Source: an uncultured Gammaproteobacteria bacterium (GTDB lineage Bacteria; Patescibacteriota; Microgenomatia; Levybacterales; UBA12049). Taken from it: 64,000 nt of DNA. The position numbers were made by a program, and so were the translations under genes. The stretch is taken from assembly GCA_964490105.1 (NCBI GenBank), contig CAZAZU010000001.1, forward strand, positions 227,804-291,803, read 5' to 3'. Below, in pieces: positions 1 through 10,216 of this stretch. Below the pieces are notes generated by a model, which saw only the letters and a list, made by a program, of their open reading frames with translations, searched no databases and was not told the origin of the DNA. Each line of letters begins with the position of its first letter. Within the stretch, counting starts at the first letter, position 1.

Positions 1-236
1 GCAGCTTTAATGCTGGCAGCAATATATTTTGGGTTTTCTAAAAAATCATTCCTAACTCTGTTTAGATCCAAACCGAGGGAGATGTTTTCGATTGCTATAT
101 GAACGCCCTGAGCAGTAACTGAAGCTGGACATCTTATGCTTGCTCTAGTAAACATTCCAAATCCGATAGCTGCAAGCGATGCTCCTGTCTCAGGGGGTCT
201 TGGTATTCCGTATAAAAGTGGTCTGTCAGCGCTCAT
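1..236 (-). CDS. Hypothetical protein, N-terminal part (runs off window start)
   Basis: ATG at 236 opens an uninterrupted frame (MSADRPLLYGIPRPPETG...) to the window edge; divergent from secG. Confidence 0.5.
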   Translation of the reverse strand, partial: MSADRPLLYGIPRPPETGASLAAIGFGMFTRASIRCPASVTAQGVHIAIENISLGLDLNRVRNDFLENPKYIAASIKA

Positions 237-267
237 GACGGGTTATTTTACAGATCTTTATTTTTAT

Positions 268-297
268 TTGCAAATAAGCGGTATTTGAGGGTATAAT
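268..297 (+). promoter_or_regulatory. Sigma70-type promoter for secG (leaderless or near-leaderless)
   Basis: TTGCAA-18-TATAAT ending 6 nt before ATG 304. Confidence 0.6.
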
Positions 298-303
298 AGC
301 CAT

Positions 304-513
304 ATGATTTTAGTAATTCTTGAAGCAGTTGTAGCAGTTCTTCTAATTGGGGTAATTCTTATGCAGGTTGCGGGATCAGGGCTTTCAGCAAGCTTTGGAG
401 GATCTGGGGAAACTTTTAGAAGCAGAAGAAGTGTCGAAAAACTTTTGGTTTATCTAACTGTAATTCTAGCGATAGTTTTCGCAATTTTCTCAATCTTACT
501 TCTTATCCCCTAA
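304..513 (+). CDS. secG: Preprotein translocase subunit SecG
   Basis: 69 aa, two TM helices, LMQ...GLSASFGG loop, RR..EK.L motif. Confidence 0.92.
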   Translation: MILVILEAVVAVLLIGVILMQVAGSGLSASFGGSGETFRSRRSVEKLLVYLTVILAIVFAIFSILLLIP

Positions 514-522
514 AAGGGCTTT

Positions 523-1890
523 ATGATTTTTTTGAAAAGAAAAAGACTCATTTTTTGGCTTTTAAAAGCCTATTTAAAAAAATGGGGAAAAACAATCCTC
601 GGATCTTTTACATTGGGTTTTGCTATAATTCTTCTTCTTTTTTTAAATAGAAATTTTCTAATCTCCCGTCTTCCAATCGTAAATCATGAGCATATAGGGA
701 TTGCTGGTGTTTATTCAGAAAGAGATCTACCTAATAATCTTCCTGAGGTAATAGCAAACAAAGCCTCGAGGGGTTTAACGAAAATTTCTTCAACCGGTGA
801 AGTTAAGCCTGATCTTGCAAAGTCATGGGAGGTTAAAGACGACGGAAAAACATTTGTATTTTATCTTAAGGAGGGATTAGAATTTTCAGACGGTAAAGAG
901 GTGGATTCTAAGTCCATTAATTATAATTTTGCGGATGTTACAATTGAACGTCCCGCAAAGCATGTAATAGTATTCAAATTAAAAGATAAATACTCACCTT
1001 TTCTTGTAACCCTTGCAAATTACAAGGTATTTAAAAAAAATTATGTTGGAGTTTCAAATTATAAAATTGGCGACATTAAAACTAACGGTGAATTTATAAG
1101 AAGTCTTGAGCTAACTTCTGGTAAAGATAAAGAAAAAATAGAATACACCTTTTACGATACTCAAGAAGCTCTAAAGCATGCATATGTATTAGGGGAAGTA
1201 ACTTCAATTGTAGACATTAATAATTTGAATTATGCAAGAAATGTAAATCTAGATAGTTTTAAAAATACAAAGGTTTCTAAAAATATAAATGAAACAAAAA
1301 TAGTAACGTTATTTTTTAATAATTCTGACTCTACTCTCTCAGATAAAAAAATTAGAAAAGCTCTCGCTTACTCACTTCCAGATGAATTTAAGGATGGAAA
1401 AAGAACACACACGCCCTATAAGGATGGATATTGGTTTAATAATCCAGCTGAAAAATTTCAGAAAGATCTGGAATATGTAGCGATTCAACTAGAAGACACA
1501 GAAGCGACAAAAAGCGGAACAAAATTAAATCTTAAAACATTGCCCCAATACGAAAACCTTGCAAAAGAAATTTCCAAATACTGGAAGGAAATAGGTATGG
1601 AAACAGAAATAGAAAGAGTTGAGGGAGTTCCATCTAATTATCAGATTTTTCTGGGAGAACTTCCCGTATTAAAAGATCCAGATCAGTATACTCTTTGGCA
1701 TACTGGACAAACCAGCAATATCACAAATTATAGAAATTTAAGAATTGACAAGCTTCTTGAAGATGGAAGGCAGATTTATAATAAGCAGGAGCGAAAGCAG
1801 ATTTACGATGATTTCCAGAAATATTTAATTGATGATATGCCTGCAGCTTTCCTCTTCTTTCCTTATACTTACACATTGAATAGAAAATAA
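523..1890 (+). CDS. ABC transporter substrate-binding protein, family 5 (OppA/DppA-like), membrane anchored
   Basis: PDLAKSW...F.DG motif, 'IRKALAY', C-terminal N..NY.N..ID.LL...R...Y..FQ; N-terminal TM. Confidence 0.85.
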   Translation: MIFLKRKRLIFWLLKAYLKKWGKTILGSFTLGFAIILLLFLNRNFLISRLPIVNHEHIGIAGVYSERDLPNNLPEVIANKASRGLTKISSTGEVKPDLAKSWEVKDDGKTFVFYLKEGLEFSDGKEVDSKSINYNFADVTIERPAKHVIVFKLKDKYSPFLVTLANYKVFKKNYVGVSNYKIGDIKTNGEFIRSLELTSGKDKEKIEYTFYDTQEALKHAYVLGEVTSIVDINNLNYARNVNLDSFKNTKVSKNINETKIVTLFFNNSDSTLSDKKIRKALAYSLPDEFKDGKRTHTPYKDGYWFNNPAEKFQKDLEYVAIQLEDTEATKSGTKLNLKTLPQYENLAKEISKYWKEIGMETEIERVEGVPSNYQIFLGELPVLKDPDQYTLWHTGQTSNITNYRNLRIDKLLEDGRQIYNKQERKQIYDDFQKYLIDDMPAAFLFFPYTYTLNRK

Positions 1891-3186
1891 CTATTTAGTT
1901 CCGTTTGAGAGGAAATATTTGCTTCTTAGTTTCTTGTGATATGTCACTGCGAATCTGTGCGCCTCGTCTCTAATACGTCTAACAAGAGTTAATCCTTTTG
2001 AAGTTTTAGAAAGTCTTATAACTTTAAAATCTGTAGTTATGAGAAGTTCTTCTCTTTTTGCAATTCCAATAAGCGGTATTTCAATGTTACTTTCAAATAA
2101 AGCTTTATTAGCTGAAGAAATTTGGCCTTTTCCTCCGTCTACTATTATTAGATCCGGATATTGCCACTCTTTATGCGCTAATCTTCTTTTAATAACTTCT
2201 CTCATCATCGCAAAATCATTTGGAACAACTCTAGGAGGCCTTTTAATTTGAAATCTTCTGTATTCAGAAGAATTTTTTTCGCCATCTGTAAAAACTACCA
2301 TGGATCCAGTTGCAAATTTTCCTGAAATGTTTGAAATGTCGTAACACTCAATTCTCTCAAGTTTTTTAACTTGTACTCCGTTTGAAATAAGCGCTTCTTT
2401 AAGTTCTTCTAATTCTTCATGTCTTATGTCACTTCTTAGATTTGGATTCAATTCATAATCAAAAGCAGTTTTACGGGGAGTTGTGATAAGAATTATTGCA
2501 TCAATTTTCTTTTGGATTTCAAATGCTTTCTCAAAATTTTCTAATTTACTTTCTGAATCTCTTTCTTTTTCTAGTTCTTTAATTATTTTCTTTGTTTCAC
2601 CCTGGAAAAATTGAACAATGTATTTAATATTTTTTTTATATTCTCTTGTTTGCTCTAAGGATTTAAACATTGGAGGGCATGGACACAAGCCTATATGAAA
2701 ATATAAACAATTTCTTTTCGGGTGGTTTAAAACGGATTGGTAAGGAAAAATTCTTCTGACAATTTTTAAAACAACTTTTAAATCAGTTGAAGAAGGATAC
2801 GGACCGAAATATATTGATTTACTATCTTCTTCACGACGCGCCAGTAAAACTTTTGGAATTTCTTCTCCTATCGTAATTCTTGCCCTGATATAGCTTTTCC
2901 CATCAGTTAATCTGATGTTATATTTCGGAGTGTATTTTTTAATTAGATTTGCTTCAAGAAGAAGAGATTCAAGTTCTGAATTGGTGTGAATAGTTTCAAT
3001 TTTATGAATCTTTTCAACAAGCGCCTGAGTTTTTGGACCAAGGTCTTTGTTTAAGAAATATGAAGACACACGTTTACGAAGATTTTTGGCTTTCCCCACA
3101 TATATAACTTCCCCTTCTTTATTGTGAAAGAGGTAAACGCCTTCTTTTTCTGATAATGATTGATATGATAAGTGTGAATAGTCCAA
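1891..3186 (-). CDS. uvrC: Excinuclease ABC subunit C (short form lacking C-terminal HhH)
   Basis: GIY-YIG (GVYLF..IYVGKA.NLRKRV), UVR domain, RIECYDIS, PDLIIVDGGKGQ, RDEAHRFA. Confidence 0.93.
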   Translation of the reverse strand: MDYSHLSYQSLSEKEGVYLFHNKEGEVIYVGKAKNLRKRVSSYFLNKDLGPKTQALVEKIHKIETIHTNSELESLLLEANLIKKYTPKYNIRLTDGKSYIRARITIGEEIPKVLLARREEDSKSIYFGPYPSSTDLKVVLKIVRRIFPYQSVLNHPKRNCLYFHIGLCPCPPMFKSLEQTREYKKNIKYIVQFFQGETKKIIKELEKERDSESKLENFEKAFEIQKKIDAIILITTPRKTAFDYELNPNLRSDIRHEELEELKEALISNGVQVKKLERIECYDISNISGKFATGSMVVFTDGEKNSSEYRRFQIKRPPRVVPNDFAMMREVIKRRLAHKEWQYPDLIIVDGGKGQISSANKALFESNIEIPLIGIAKREELLITTDFKVIRLSKTSKGLTLVRRIRDEAHRFAVTYHKKLRSKYFLSNGTK

Positions 3187-4948
3187 GTGTTATTGCTCCT
3201 AGAATTCCTATTATAAAGTAAACGTGTTTGTAAAAGGGTGAAATAATTATATTTTTCTCAATTACTTCTTTACCGATCGATATTTTAATTGTATCTGTTT
3301 CATTTGTCAAAAAATGTCTGGCATCAAATTTAACAGGGATTACTCTTTTCCCAGATGGAGGAATTTTATCAATGCTTAAATTTTGGACATTTGGAGTTAG
3401 GATTTCTGATTCTACTTTTATAGTTTGGTTAGGTGCAATCACTCCCGAGTCATTAGTTACAATTATTTCACCTTTAATCCCCAAACCGCCCAGATATAAA
3501 TCTCTAAAATTTGTTGACAGAGTTAGTGTAGGTAGATCATCTTCGTAGCTTTCCGATGTCCTTACCTTTACGTCTTGTGTGCTTTTTTGACCTGGAATTT
3601 TATATCCGCCGGCTGGAACAGGATATTCACTGTCCACTCCTTTTATGGTGAATGCGAAATGATCAAAGTCAAAAACATTAAAATAGTCAATGCCCTCAGT
3701 CGTATTTTCCCAAGTGGGATCTACCATAATCCAGGCGTTTTTGTCTTCATCATAATACTGGGGCCAGGAATGCAGAACATCTTTTAGGAGAGATAAGGGG
3801 CGTTTTGCGGAATTATCTGTATTTGCATATCCCTCAACTGCCCTAGCAGGAATTCCAGCAGCACGAGACAGTGTAACAAACAAATCAGTAAATTCCAGAC
3901 ATACTGCAGAATTTTTGTCTGACAAAACTCCTTTTGCTCCAGCCCTAACTTGCACCTCTTTGACTCGTCCAGTATCGTATTTCAAGTTCTCAACCACATA
4001 TTTATAAATGGCTTCGGGGGTTTTTAACTCATTGGCTAATTTTCTAATTTCCGGGTCACTAACTTCCCAGTATTTCTGAGGCTTTAAATATGTTTTTCGC
4101 TCATCTTCGGATAGGGAAATCTTTTTAGGTTTATGGGACAATTTTGCTTTTCCTAAAACTCTGACATCGTAATCCTCCGAAGGGAGAAGTCTGTATTTGG
4201 CAAGCCAGTTTCCGTCAGCGTCAATTATAACGTCGATTGGCTTTGGATTCATTTCTGAAATATTAACTTCCTGATAATTGTTGCTTGAAGGAATTGCGAT
4301 TTCTGTAACCACAGGATAAAGATTTCTATTTCTTAAGTGATAGGTAAGATCAAATGAGTAAACTTGATTTTCCCCGTAAGCTATAGAAACACCGGACTTT
4401 CCTAAATCTTTCTTTGAAAATTTTAATGTATTTCCCGAGGCGGTTGCGCTTGGAATATTGGGCTTTATGATTGAGGGTTTTCCAAAACTATGAGGAACAA
4501 CTACTGAGGTATTAAAAGATGCGTATTCTTCCTGATGGGTGATACCAGGGATATTTACTTCCCAGATACTTCCATAATTTTTAGCGATCTCAAGTGTATC
4601 AAAACTTACTGTAAATTTTTGAGTTTCATTTATTCCCACTACTTTTTCAATAAAATCAAATGAGAGCTGTGTTCCTTTATCATTTTTGGTTGGTTTTACA
4701 TTAAGCTCTCCTCCTAAGTCGATAGCTTTGATATTTGAAATGTCCTCGAATCCAGTTTGAATTTTATAACTGCCTGCATAAAAACCAGTAGTATTGTTTC
4801 TGAGGTCAATGTCCATGATAACCTTAGTTGTTTGATCGGCGTTTACCTGATAAGTAACGTTATAAAATGTAGAAAATTTTTCCTGAGCGTAAATTTTATC
4901 GTTTGAGAGTATAAACAATGCGAAAAGAATAGGCAGAATTTTTTTCAT
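3119..4948 (-). CDS. Exported, membrane-anchored transglutaminase-like protein
   Basis: Signal peptide; AVCLEF..LF..L.RAAGIPAR, HSWP, MVDPTW (Cys-His-Asp triad); C-terminal TM plus basic tail. Confidence 0.88.
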   Translation of the reverse strand: MKKILPILFALFILSNDKIYAQEKFSTFYNVTYQVNADQTTKVIMDIDLRNNTTGFYAGSYKIQTGFEDISNIKAIDLGGELNVKPTKNDKGTQLSFDFIEKVVGINETQKFTVSFDTLEIAKNYGSIWEVNIPGITHQEEYASFNTSVVVPHSFGKPSIIKPNIPSATASGNTLKFSKKDLGKSGVSIAYGENQVYSFDLTYHLRNRNLYPVVTEIAIPSSNNYQEVNISEMNPKPIDVIIDADGNWLAKYRLLPSEDYDVRVLGKAKLSHKPKKISLSEDERKTYLKPQKYWEVSDPEIRKLANELKTPEAIYKYVVENLKYDTGRVKEVQVRAGAKGVLSDKNSAVCLEFTDLFVTLSRAAGIPARAVEGYANTDNSAKRPLSLLKDVLHSWPQYYDEDKNAWIMVDPTWENTTEGIDYFNVFDFDHFAFTIKGVDSEYPVPAGGYKIPGQKSTQDVKVRTSESYEDDLPTLTLSTNFRDLYLGGLGIKGEIIVTNDSGVIAPNQTIKVESEILTPNVQNLSIDKIPPSGKRVIPVKFDARHFLTNETDTIKISIGKEVIEKNIIISPFYKHVYFIIGILGAITLGLFTLIISIIIRKRRRLPLSQ

Positions 4949-7821
4949 TACAAAACTTTTTTTAGAAAGTGGCCTGTGTAGGACGCTGGATTTTTGGCAA
5001 TTTCTTCTGGTGTTCCAGTTGCAATTAAATTACCGCCTCGTTCTCCTCCATCAGGACCTAAGTCTATTATATAGTCAGCGTTCTTAATAATATCAAGGTT
5101 GTGTTCGATAACTATTACAGTATTTCCTATATCAACAAGTCGCCTAAGAACGTGCAAAAGTTTTTCCAAGTCTGCAAAATGAAGTCCGGATGTTGGTTCG
5201 TCCAGTAAATATAGGGCATGGGAGCCTCTTTTTGAAAGCTCTGATGCGAGTTTTACGCGCTGCGCTTCTCCTCCTGAAAGAGTTGGAGCTGGCTGACCAA
5301 GTTTTACATAAGAAAGTCCCACATCGTTAAGGGTTAAGAGCCTGTTAGATAGTGGTGTAATAAAATTAAAGAAATTTGCAGCCTCTAAAACGCTCATATT
5401 CAGAACTTCTGAAATATTTTTTCCGTTAAATAAAACTTCCAATGCCTCTTTGTTGTATTGTTTTCCTTCGCAAACTTCACAGGTTATATAGACATCAGGC
5501 AAGAACTGCATCTCAATTTTTATTTGTCCTTCTCCCTCGCATGCCTCACATCTTCCCCCTTTAACATTAAATGAAAATCTTCCGGCACCGTATCCTTTAA
5601 GTCTTGCGTCTTTAGTTTTTGCAAAAATCTCCCTAATGTAATTGAATGCTCCGGTATACGTAGCGGGATTACTTCTTGGAGTGCGTCCAATCGGAGACTG
5701 ATCAATTGAGTAAATGTGCTTTATGTTTTCATATCCCTGAATGCTCGTGTGCGCTCCCGGCTTTTCTCTGTGAAATGGATCTTCTAATTGTTTTAGTCCG
5801 TGATACAAAATGTCATTAATAAGCGTTGATTTTCCTGATCCTGACACCCCAGTTACAACAATTAATTTCCCTAAAGGGAATTCCACATCTATATTTTTAA
5901 GATTATGTTCAGTGGCACCTTTAATTATTAGTTTGTCGTTAATGCCATTAGGCTTTGCGCTTTCGACCTTAATCTTCTTTTTCTTCGAAAGATATGCGCC
6001 AGTTATTGAATGGGAGTCTTTTTTTATTTCATCAATTGTTCCCTCAAAAATAATTTGACCTCCCCCTTCTCCGGCAGCAGGTCCAAAATCAACTATATAA
6101 TCTGAAGCTTCCATGGTTTCTTCATCGTGTTCCACTACGAGAACTGTATTTCCTAAATTTTTAAGCTTAATTAGAGTTTCGATAAGCTTTTTGTTATCTT
6201 TTTGATGAAGTCCGATTGAGGGTTCATCTAAAACATATAAAACTCCAGTAAGACCTGATCCAATTTGAGAAGCAAGTCTTATTCTTTGTGCTTCTCCTCC
6301 AGCCAAAGTTTCAGCACCTCTAGAGAGGGTTAGATAATCAAGCCCAACGTCGCTAAGGAATGTTAAGCGCTGTTTTATTTCTTTTAGAATTAATTTTCCG
6401 ATAGATTCTTCTCTGTCGCTTATTTTACTGTTTAGAGATTCAATAAAGGAAAGAGACTTATCAATCGACATATCTCCTACTTCGACTATGGATTTCCCGT
6501 CTATCGTTACTGCCATTGCTTCTTTCCTTAGTCTGGAGCCGTTGCATGAAGGACAAACTTCATATCTCATGAATTTTTCTATTTGGGCTTTAAAAAACAT
6601 TGAATCTGTATTTTGATATCTGTCTTTTAGTTCCTGTAAAACACCGGGAAATTTTTCAGTAATCGTGGTGTTTCTGCCCCATCTGTTTTCTCCATGGACG
6701 TAATACTCTTTGTCTCCTGTCCCTTTAAGTAAAATATCTTTCTTTTCGTTAGAGATCTCTGAAAGTCTCACGTTCACTGGAATTCCATTGTTTTGGGCAA
6801 AAGTTTTAAAAGTTCTAGTAAACCATGTATCGTGAGATAAGAGATTTGAAAAAGGAAGAATTCCTCCCTCTAAAATTGAAAGATTATTATTGAAAACCAA
6901 GTCACGATCCACCGTTAGTATATTCCCAAGTCCGTTACAGTTGGGGCATGCTCCATGCGGAGTATTAAAAGAAAAAATGCGAGGCTCAACTTCTGCTATA
7001 GATATATTACATACCGGACAAGCAAATTTGGTCGAAAAAAGATGATCTTCCATCTTTTTAGGAATTGAGGGAATCTCAAAGCCTTGATCTTTAATGTCCG
7101 CTAAAATTATTTCTCCTTCACCGAATTTAAGAGCCTGCTCAACGTCAGTAGAGACTCTAGAGCGATCAGTTTTATCATTTAGCATAATCTTGTCGATTAT
7201 GACTTCAATTGAATGCTTGTTTGTTTTTATAAGTATTAGCTCTTCTGATAAATCAAAAACATGATTATCTACTCTGACTTGCTTATATCCTCTCTTTCTT
7301 AGATCTTCGAAAACCTGACCATACTCCCCTTTTCTGTCTTTTACGATTGGAGCCATAATCATAGCCTTCACTTGCTTAGCCCCCTGTTGAGAATGAAAAC
7401 CCATGATTTGGTCTGTAATTTGCTCAGGTGAAACCCTGGAAATTTCTCTTCCGCAATTAGGACAATGCGGGTGGCCAATGCGCGCAAATAACAGCCTTAA
7501 ATAATCATAGATTTCTGTAACAGTGCCTACTGTGGATCTTGGATTTCTTGAAGTTGATTTCTGATCAATTGAAATGGCCGGAGATAAACCTTCAATAAGA
7601 TCCACGTCAGGTTTTTTCATGACTCCTAGAAATTGCCTAGCGTAGGAAGAAAGACTCTCAACATATCGGCGTTGTCCTTCTGCGTAAATTGTGTCAAAGG
7701 CAAGAGAGGATTTTCCGCTGCCAGAAAGACCTGTAAAAACCACTAATTTATTTTTGGGGATTTTAAGATCGACGTTTTTAAGATTATGCTCGCGGGCACC
7801 TTTAACAATAATACTATCCAT
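4948..7821 (-). CDS. uvrA: Excinuclease ABC subunit A
   Basis: Two ABC ATPase cassettes ([16 protein letters not shown]), zinc fingers, LSGGEAQR. Confidence 0.98.
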   Translation of the reverse strand: MDSIIVKGAREHNLKNVDLKIPKNKLVVFTGLSGSGKSSLAFDTIYAEGQRRYVESLSSYARQFLGVMKKPDVDLIEGLSPAISIDQKSTSRNPRSTVGTVTEIYDYLRLLFARIGHPHCPNCGREISRVSPEQITDQIMGFHSQQGAKQVKAMIMAPIVKDRKGEYGQVFEDLRKRGYKQVRVDNHVFDLSEELILIKTNKHSIEVIIDKIMLNDKTDRSRVSTDVEQALKFGEGEIILADIKDQGFEIPSIPKKMEDHLFSTKFACPVCNISIAEVEPRIFSFNTPHGACPNCNGLGNILTVDRDLVFNNNLSILEGGILPFSNLLSHDTWFTRTFKTFAQNNGIPVNVRLSEISNEKKDILLKGTGDKEYYVHGENRWGRNTTITEKFPGVLQELKDRYQNTDSMFFKAQIEKFMRYEVCPSCNGSRLRKEAMAVTIDGKSIVEVGDMSIDKSLSFIESLNSKISDREESIGKLILKEIKQRLTFLSDVGLDYLTLSRGAETLAGGEAQRIRLASQIGSGLTGVLYVLDEPSIGLHQKDNKKLIETLIKLKNLGNTVLVVEHDEETMEASDYIVDFGPAAGEGGGQIIFEGTIDEIKKDSHSITGAYLSKKKKIKVESAKPNGINDKLIIKGATEHNLKNIDVEFPLGKLIVVTGVSGSGKSTLINDILYHGLKQLEDPFHREKPGAHTSIQGYENIKHIYSIDQSPIGRTPRSNPATYTGAFNYIREIFAKTKDARLKGYGAGRFSFNVKGGRCEACEGEGQIKIEMQFLPDVYITCEVCEGKQYNKEALEVLFNGKNISEVLNMSVLEAANFFNFITPLSNRLLTLNDVGLSYVKLGQPAPTLSGGEAQRVKLASELSKRGSHALYLLDEPTSGLHFADLEKLLHVLRRLVDIGNTVIVIEHNLDIIKNADYIIDLGPDGGERGGNLIATGTPEEIAKNPASYTGHFLKKVL

Positions 7822-7881
7822 ATTTGAAGTTACTTTTTAGTAAGCTAATATTATAGTGGAAATTCAAAGCTCTGACAATCA

Positions 7882-8511
7882 TTAGGGCCGCCACGATTCA
7901 TATGCATAATAATTTCCCGAGTTACCTATGCATGCGAAAGGAGTATTTTTTAGCATATTCTCGTTATGCCCTGGTGAATCAATCCACGCCTGCACTACGT
8001 CCCCAGGGTTTGAGCTCATTGCTATATTTTCTGCAATCTCCGAATATGAGGGGTAAGGAAGATTCTTAGAGCTTACCCTGCTAGAAAAACCGTCATGATT
8101 AAATGCAGATGTAATTTCTGAGGCTCTTGTTTTTGCAAAGCTACAGGTATGAGCTTCTTCCGACACCGGGGAGAGGCCTTTAGAGGCTCGATATGCATTT
8201 ACTTGTGAAAGAAGATCATTTGCTCCTGACGATGTTTGCTTGATTTCTGAAGTCTGATTAGGGGCTTGAGGGGCAGTGGTCGGAGTGAAAGTTATTACAG
8301 TTTCTTCTGCAACTGTAATTTTAGGCTTTGGAACAGTTATTTTAGCTGTTCCGATTTCTGCTGAGTTATTTGAAGCTACTCTTATGGTTTTTGGTTTCTC
8401 GATTATCAAAACAGTAGAGTTTTTTTTGTTTTGGATGTTGATTAGGAGAAGTACGTCTAAAATTATGATGCAAGTAATAAGAAAGCTTTTATTGATAGTC
8501 CAAAACACCAA
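7882..8511 (-). CDS. CAP/SCP-domain extracellular protein with N-terminal anchor (start uncertain)
   Basis: VNAYR...GL, F.HDGF, AENIA, W.DSPGH..NM motifs; Thr/Pro linker. Confidence 0.85.
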   Translation of the reverse strand: MVFWTINKSFLITCIIILDVLLLINIQNKKNSTVLIIEKPKTIRVASNNSAEIGTAKITVPKPKITVAEETVITFTPTTAPQAPNQTSEIKQTSSGANDLLSQVNAYRASKGLSPVSEEAHTCSFAKTRASEITSAFNHDGFSSRVSSKNLPYPSYSEIAENIAMSSNPGDVVQAWIDSPGHNENMLKNTPFACIGNSGNYYAYESWRP

Positions 8512-8596
8512 TAAATAATAACAAAAAGAAACTTAATTTCAATGAGTAATTCGACTATTTATAGGATTTGAATTTTATTGATATATTTAGTACACC

Positions 8597-8625
8597 TTGA
8601 CACTATATTTTTCACATCTTAATAT
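8597..8625 (+). promoter_or_regulatory. Sigma70-type promoter preceding a ~290-nt leader
   Basis: TTGACA-17-TAATAT. Confidence 0.6.
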
Positions 8626-8685
8626 GGTGAAAAGTTAAAAAAGCGAAAATATCAACGATTGACAAGCTTTTTTAAAGAAAATTCA

Positions 8686-8698
8686 GACCGCAAACGGA
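8686..8698 (+). promoter_or_regulatory. GACCGCAAACGGA leader motif, copy 1 (CCG-CAAA-CGG mini-hairpin)
   Basis: Exact 13-nt match to 16253-16265 on the minus strand; both copies are sense in leaders upstream of terminators. Confidence 0.55.
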
Positions 8699-8735
8699 TG
8701 AATATGAAAACTGTCCAAATTAATTTAGACTATCT

Positions 8736-8769
8736 AAAGGCCTAGTATAGAAATATACGGGCCTTTTTT
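8736..8769 (+). terminator. Intrinsic terminator-like hairpin inside the 5' leader
   Basis: AAAGGCC...GGCCTTT stem with inner GTATA/TATAC pairs, followed by a T6 run. Confidence 0.7.
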
Positions 8770-8797
8770 GTGGTTTGAGTTAAAAGCTTGAAAAACC

Positions 8798-8818
8798 TAG
8801 CTACGGTTGCGATTGCTG
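8798..8818 (+). repeat. 21-bp exact repeat of 16084-16104
   Basis: TAGCTACGGTTGCGATTGCTG at both positions on the + strand. Confidence 0.9.
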
Positions 8819-8921
8819 AACAGTTTGGAAATTGAGAATTGGAAAAGAGCTGCCCTCTTTTTCAATATAAAAGTGAAACCATCCTTCATTAAAATTACGG
8901 ATGGCGGAAGGAGGTGAATAT

Positions 8922-10127
8922 ATGTATAAAAGAAAATTTTTAATTAGTTCTCTTACTGGATTGCTTGCTGTATTTCTTGTTTCTGTAACGGTATTTGCAG
9001 CAACACTAGTAGTAAGTCCTGGAAATATGCAGGGTTGGACTGAGCTAAATTTTGACGATTCTACTTCAATTGACTCTTCTGCTACAACTACATCAGGGAC
9101 AGAAAGTCTTTTAGCAAGTGGTCCAGCAGTGCCTCCGTTAGGAAGCGGAAGCTTAAAACAAGTAGTTGGATCTAATGGAAACGATGCCACTAGAATTCTA
9201 ACATCTGATTTTAATGGATTAGCCTTGGGTGATTTGACTGAGATTACTTATAGCACCTATACCGATAATGCAGTTAGCGATCAGGCTGTTTATTTGCAGT
9301 TTAGAATCGATAAAGATGGAGACGGAGATACTGATGATAGATTGTTTTATGAACCAGTTTATCAAAATGGTACATATGGATTACTTGGATACAGTACCGT
9401 AGTTCCAAATCAATGTGCGGGCGACCCTTCATGTGTAATTAATGATACATGGCAGACATGGGATGCAGACGCAGGAGGCTGGTGGTCGGTCAATGATAGC
9501 GCAGGTGGTCCACCGCTTACAACTCTCGCAGGATACTTAACTGCTTATCCATTAGCAAAGCTTTCTACAGACGTACCCTCGATACGAGTTCAGTCTGGAG
9601 GAGGAGCAGGAGCGTGGGATAATTTCGTAGGATATGTAGATAAATTGGTTATTAATGGTACTACATATAATTTTGAACTTGAAGAACCAGCTGTAAGTCC
9701 ATCTCCAACAATTACACCTAATCCATTTGCGGTTCCAGCTGAATGTACCGGAACATATGGTGCTCCTATTGTTGGGACAAACGGCTCCAATATTATTAAT
9801 GGAACATCAGGGAATGACTTAATATTTGCGTTTGGTGGTGCAGATAAAGTTGATGGTAAAGGTGGAGATGATTGTATCGTAGCAGGTGGTGGTGCTGATT
9901 CTGTCAAGGGTAACAACGGGAATGACGTTATTCTTGGTGGTGAAGGCGCTGATGATCTTAAAGGAGAAAATGATAACGATACCCTTTATGGAAATAATGG
10001 TGCCGATAGTCTACGCGGAGGAAATGGATCCGATACTTTAATCGGTGGAAATAATTCAGATTCTGCAAGAGGTGAAGGAGGATCCGATACTTGCGACGCA
10101 GAATCAGAAAATTCTTGCGAGATTTAG
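8922..10127 (+). CDS. Secreted protein with uncharacterised N-terminal domain and C-terminal RTX (hemolysin-type Ca-binding) repeats
   Basis: SD GAAGGAGGTG before ATG 8922; signal peptide (VFA-A); repeated GGxGxDxL nonamers; N-domain paralogous to 18968-19804. Confidence 0.85.
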   Translation: MYKRKFLISSLTGLLAVFLVSVTVFAATLVVSPGNMQGWTELNFDDSTSIDSSATTTSGTESLLASGPAVPPLGSGSLKQVVGSNGNDATRILTSDFNGLALGDLTEITYSTYTDNAVSDQAVYLQFRIDKDGDGDTDDRLFYEPVYQNGTYGLLGYSTVVPNQCAGDPSCVINDTWQTWDADAGGWWSVNDSAGGPPLTTLAGYLTAYPLAKLSTDVPSIRVQSGGGAGAWDNFVGYVDKLVINGTTYNFELEEPAVSPSPTITPNPFAVPAECTGTYGAPIVGTNGSNIINGTSGNDLIFAFGGADKVDGKGGDDCIVAGGGADSVKGNNGNDVILGGEGADDLKGENDNDTLYGNNGADSLRGGNGSDTLIGGNNSDSARGEGGSDTCDAESENSCEI

Positions 10128-10216
10128 CAAGACGTTTTCCGAATCGTATATCGAGAAAATTTTGCCTGCCCGCAATGCGTGCGCAAGCGAGGTAGGCGGG
10201 AAAGGAGGTGAATAAA

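Noticed and set aside
8640-8920. Possible c-di-GMP-I riboswitch (GCAAAC-like sequence)
   Set aside because: The GGCAAAC...GAAA...GCAAAGC two-stem consensus is not present
8801-9190. 129-aa minus-strand ORF, and similar short overlapping ORFs elsewhere
   Set aside because: Antisense to well-supported genes, with no independent evidence
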